Shown in pieces: positions 62,352 to 64,000 of a DNA stretch of 64,000 nt. The notes under the pieces are model-generated. The model did no database searches. It was not told where the DNA came from and saw only the letters and a program-made list of their open reading frames with translations. The position numbers and the translations under genes were made by a program. The stretch spans positions 71,130-135,129 of the forward strand of contig CAYRCL010000055.1 in assembly GCA_964422795.1 (NCBI GenBank). Reading direction: 5' to 3'. This stretch comes from an uncultured Chloroflexota bacterium (GTDB lineage: Bacteria > Chloroflexota > UBA11872). Each line of letters starts with the position of its first letter. Within the stretch, counting starts at the first letter, position 1.

Positions 62352-64000
62352 GTGTTACTGGCTCTGGCTGGCCTTGGCCTGCCATGGGTGCTTGTACTTT
62401 TTCGGGATTTGCCATCAAGGGGGGTGATGCTTTCGGTCCCAGTGGCCTACTTCCTGACGCATTATTTCGCATGGGTTGGGCTATCCACCGGATGGTTTGT
62501 TAATGGCCGTGGTTTTACTGGTGGGGTCTTTTCGGTGTTCACGATCCTTAGCTTGGGTCTCCTGTGGATTCAGCGTGCGCGTTGGTCCGAACTGCGTCGG
62601 AGGAGAGATTTATGGGTCATCGGAGTGGTGATTTTGATTGTCATGTATGGGTTCGGAGTGGCGTTGCGCTGGCTTAATCCAGAGATTAGCGGTACTGAAA
62701 AACCGATGGATTTTGCTTTCTTGAACGCGGTTGTCCGTGCGTCGGAATTCCCCCCAATGGATCCATGGTTTGCTGGTGAACCGATCAACTATTACTACCT
62801 CGGTTATTCGATGGCGGGCTTCGTTGTGCAATTGAGCGGTGTTGATCTTTCAATTGGTTACAACCTGGCCCTGGCTACCCTAGTGGCTCTCGGAGCGCTC
62901 GCTGCGGCTTCGGCGGGATACGATTTGGCCGCGCTCGGTGGTGCAGCTGGCCGTGCCCGCTTGGCTGCTGCTGCATTATCGATGGTTCTGGTTGTTCTGG
63001 CGGGAAACTTGGCTGTTATACGTGAGATGTTTGGGTCTCAAGCAGACGACGATCTGGGATTTTGGCAAGGCATTGGGTGGAATGCATCTCGCACGATCCA
63101 ACACGAGGATTTGAGCGGCCTTACCGACTATACGATCAACGAGTTTCCAGCTTTCTCATTCATCTTGGGTGATCTACATCCTCATGTGATGTCGTTGCCA
63201 TTTGCATTGCTAGCGGTGTCATTGGCGGTGCAGTGGATGGTGCATGCGGGTCGGTTGTCCATGTCAGGTCGGTTCACACACATGCTGAGCACCGTGCTTA
63301 CGGGCTTGTTTCTTGTTGGACTGTATACGTTGAACGCTTGGGATGTTCCTACCTTCGTTGGGCTTGTTCTTGTAGCTGGTCTTCTAGGGGCTGGTCGTAA
63401 TTCGGCACGCTTGCGTTCGTTAGTGCCCCGAATGATCTTGGCTATAGTTCTGGGAGTGTTGGCATGGCTTCCCTATTTTCGGCACTACATCCCACCGAGT
63501 CATGGCATGGGTCTGGTTCAAGTTCGGAGCGATGCACTTGATTATCTTCAGGTGTTTGGCCTGTTCTTGACAGCTGTAATTGTCACTCTCGGGTTATTGG
63601 TTTGGGACGCACCTCGGGATCGACGATTTCTAGTTCTACTTCTTGGATCCGGAATTGCAGCTGTTGTCATTGGTGGAGGCGAGATCGTTGCTGGATTGAT
63701 GGCGCTATTCGTGCTTAGTGGATTGGTGTTATGGCGGCGCAAAAGTGATCTGACGGTGGCTCCGTTGGTGTGGCTTGTCACCAGCGGGCTGGCATTGTTG
63801 GTTATTGCGGAACTGGTTTTCTTGGATGATTTTTTCGCTGTTCCCTACGAACGCATGAATACAGTGTTCAAGCTGCATTATCAGAGCTGGGGATTACTCG
63901 GAGTTGCTGCCGGGCCTGGTCTTATCCTCGTGTGGCGGCGGCTATCTGCTGATTCTGGCTCTCGCGCAAGATTCGGACGTCTGATTTTTGCGTGCATCTT
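62352..64000 (+). CDS. DUF2298 / 'Chlor_Arch_YYY' domain polytopic membrane protein; partial, continues past the window end
   Basis: Frame is open from 62286 to the window end. It is absent from the ORF track because no stop lies inside the window. Contains the PINYYYLGY motif and many TM helices. Start could be GTG 62352 or ATG 62427. Confidence 0.7.
   Translation, partial: MLLALAGLGLPWVLVLFRDLPSRGVMLSVPVAYFLTHYFAWVGLSTGWFVNGRGFTGGVFSVFTILSLGLLWIQRARWSELRRRRDLWVIGVVILIVMYGFGVALRWLNPEISGTEKPMDFAFLNAVVRASEFPPMDPWFAGEPINYYYLGYSMAGFVVQLSGVDLSIGYNLALATLVALGALAAASAGYDLAALGGAAGRARLAAAALSMVLVVLAGNLAVIREMFGSQADDDLGFWQGIGWNASRTIQHEDLSGLTDYTINEFPAFSFILGDLHPHVMSLPFALLAVSLAVQWMVHAGRLSMSGRFTHMLSTVLTGLFLVGLYTLNAWDVPTFVGLVLVAGLLGAGRNSARLRSLVPRMILAIVLGVLAWLPYFRHYIPPSHGMGLVQVRSDALDYLQVFGLFLTAVIVTLGLLVWDAPRDRRFLVLLLGSGIAAVVIGGGEIVAGLMALFVLSGLVLWRRKSDLTVAPLVWLVTSGLALLVIAELVFLDDFFAVPYERMNTVFKLHYQSWGLLGVAAGPGLILVWRRLSADSGSRARFGRLIFACI

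Noticed and set aside
62081-62503. ORF 62081..62503 (+), 140 aa
   Set aside because: It is in a different frame from the continuous DUF2298/YYY reading frame that spans 62286 to the window end, and overlaps the SBP start on the opposite strand. Likely spurious.
1-64000. tRNA/rRNA genes and mobile elements
   Set aside because: Scanning for GTTCGAATC-type T-arm motifs, cloverleaf-like stretches, and transposase or integrase-like ORFs revealed nothing convincing. A covariance-model scan would be needed to exclude small RNAs.

Overview
This is a 64-kb chromosomal window, about 56-58% GC and densely coding, with no transposase, integrase, CRISPR array or tRNA visible by eye. It opens with the 3' end of a citrate synthase gene and the conserved rpmH-rnpA-yidD-yidC-jag cluster, without dnaA. 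It then carries housekeeping genes (mutM, polA, mnmE, ileS behind a T-box leader, lpdA, pfk) interleaved with accessory and envelope genes. Several features point to a Chloroflexota-like, non-proteobacterial genome: a T-box riboswitch, a Thermus-type IleRS, an L-aspartate dehydrogenase (nadX) near nadA, and a C-terminal 'YYY' (DUF2298) membrane protein. The most unusual items, in order along the window:
- a YidC insertase carrying a ~255-aa PstS/PBP-like domain inserted in an extracytoplasmic loop;
- a co-directional ~9.6-kb array with two NYN-domain (LabA-like) proteins sandwiching a CBS-domain site-2 protease, preceded by a tiny Arg-rich tail-anchored ORF and followed by glycan genes;
- a glycoside hydrolase fused to an O-antigen-ligase (Wzy_C) polytopic domain, with a paralogous GH lipoprotein just upstream;
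- an unassigned 471-aa protein translationally coupled to mnmE;
- a T-box leader driving an AlaX-like editing protein overlapping ileS;
- a ~1.1-kb segmental duplication giving two GNAT genes that flank an enolase-superfamily racemase-like gene;
- a nadA-cysteine desulfurase-IscA operon;
- an M20 peptidase whose conserved N-terminus has no canonical start codon.
Gene starts are often GTG/TTG and several are uncertain.
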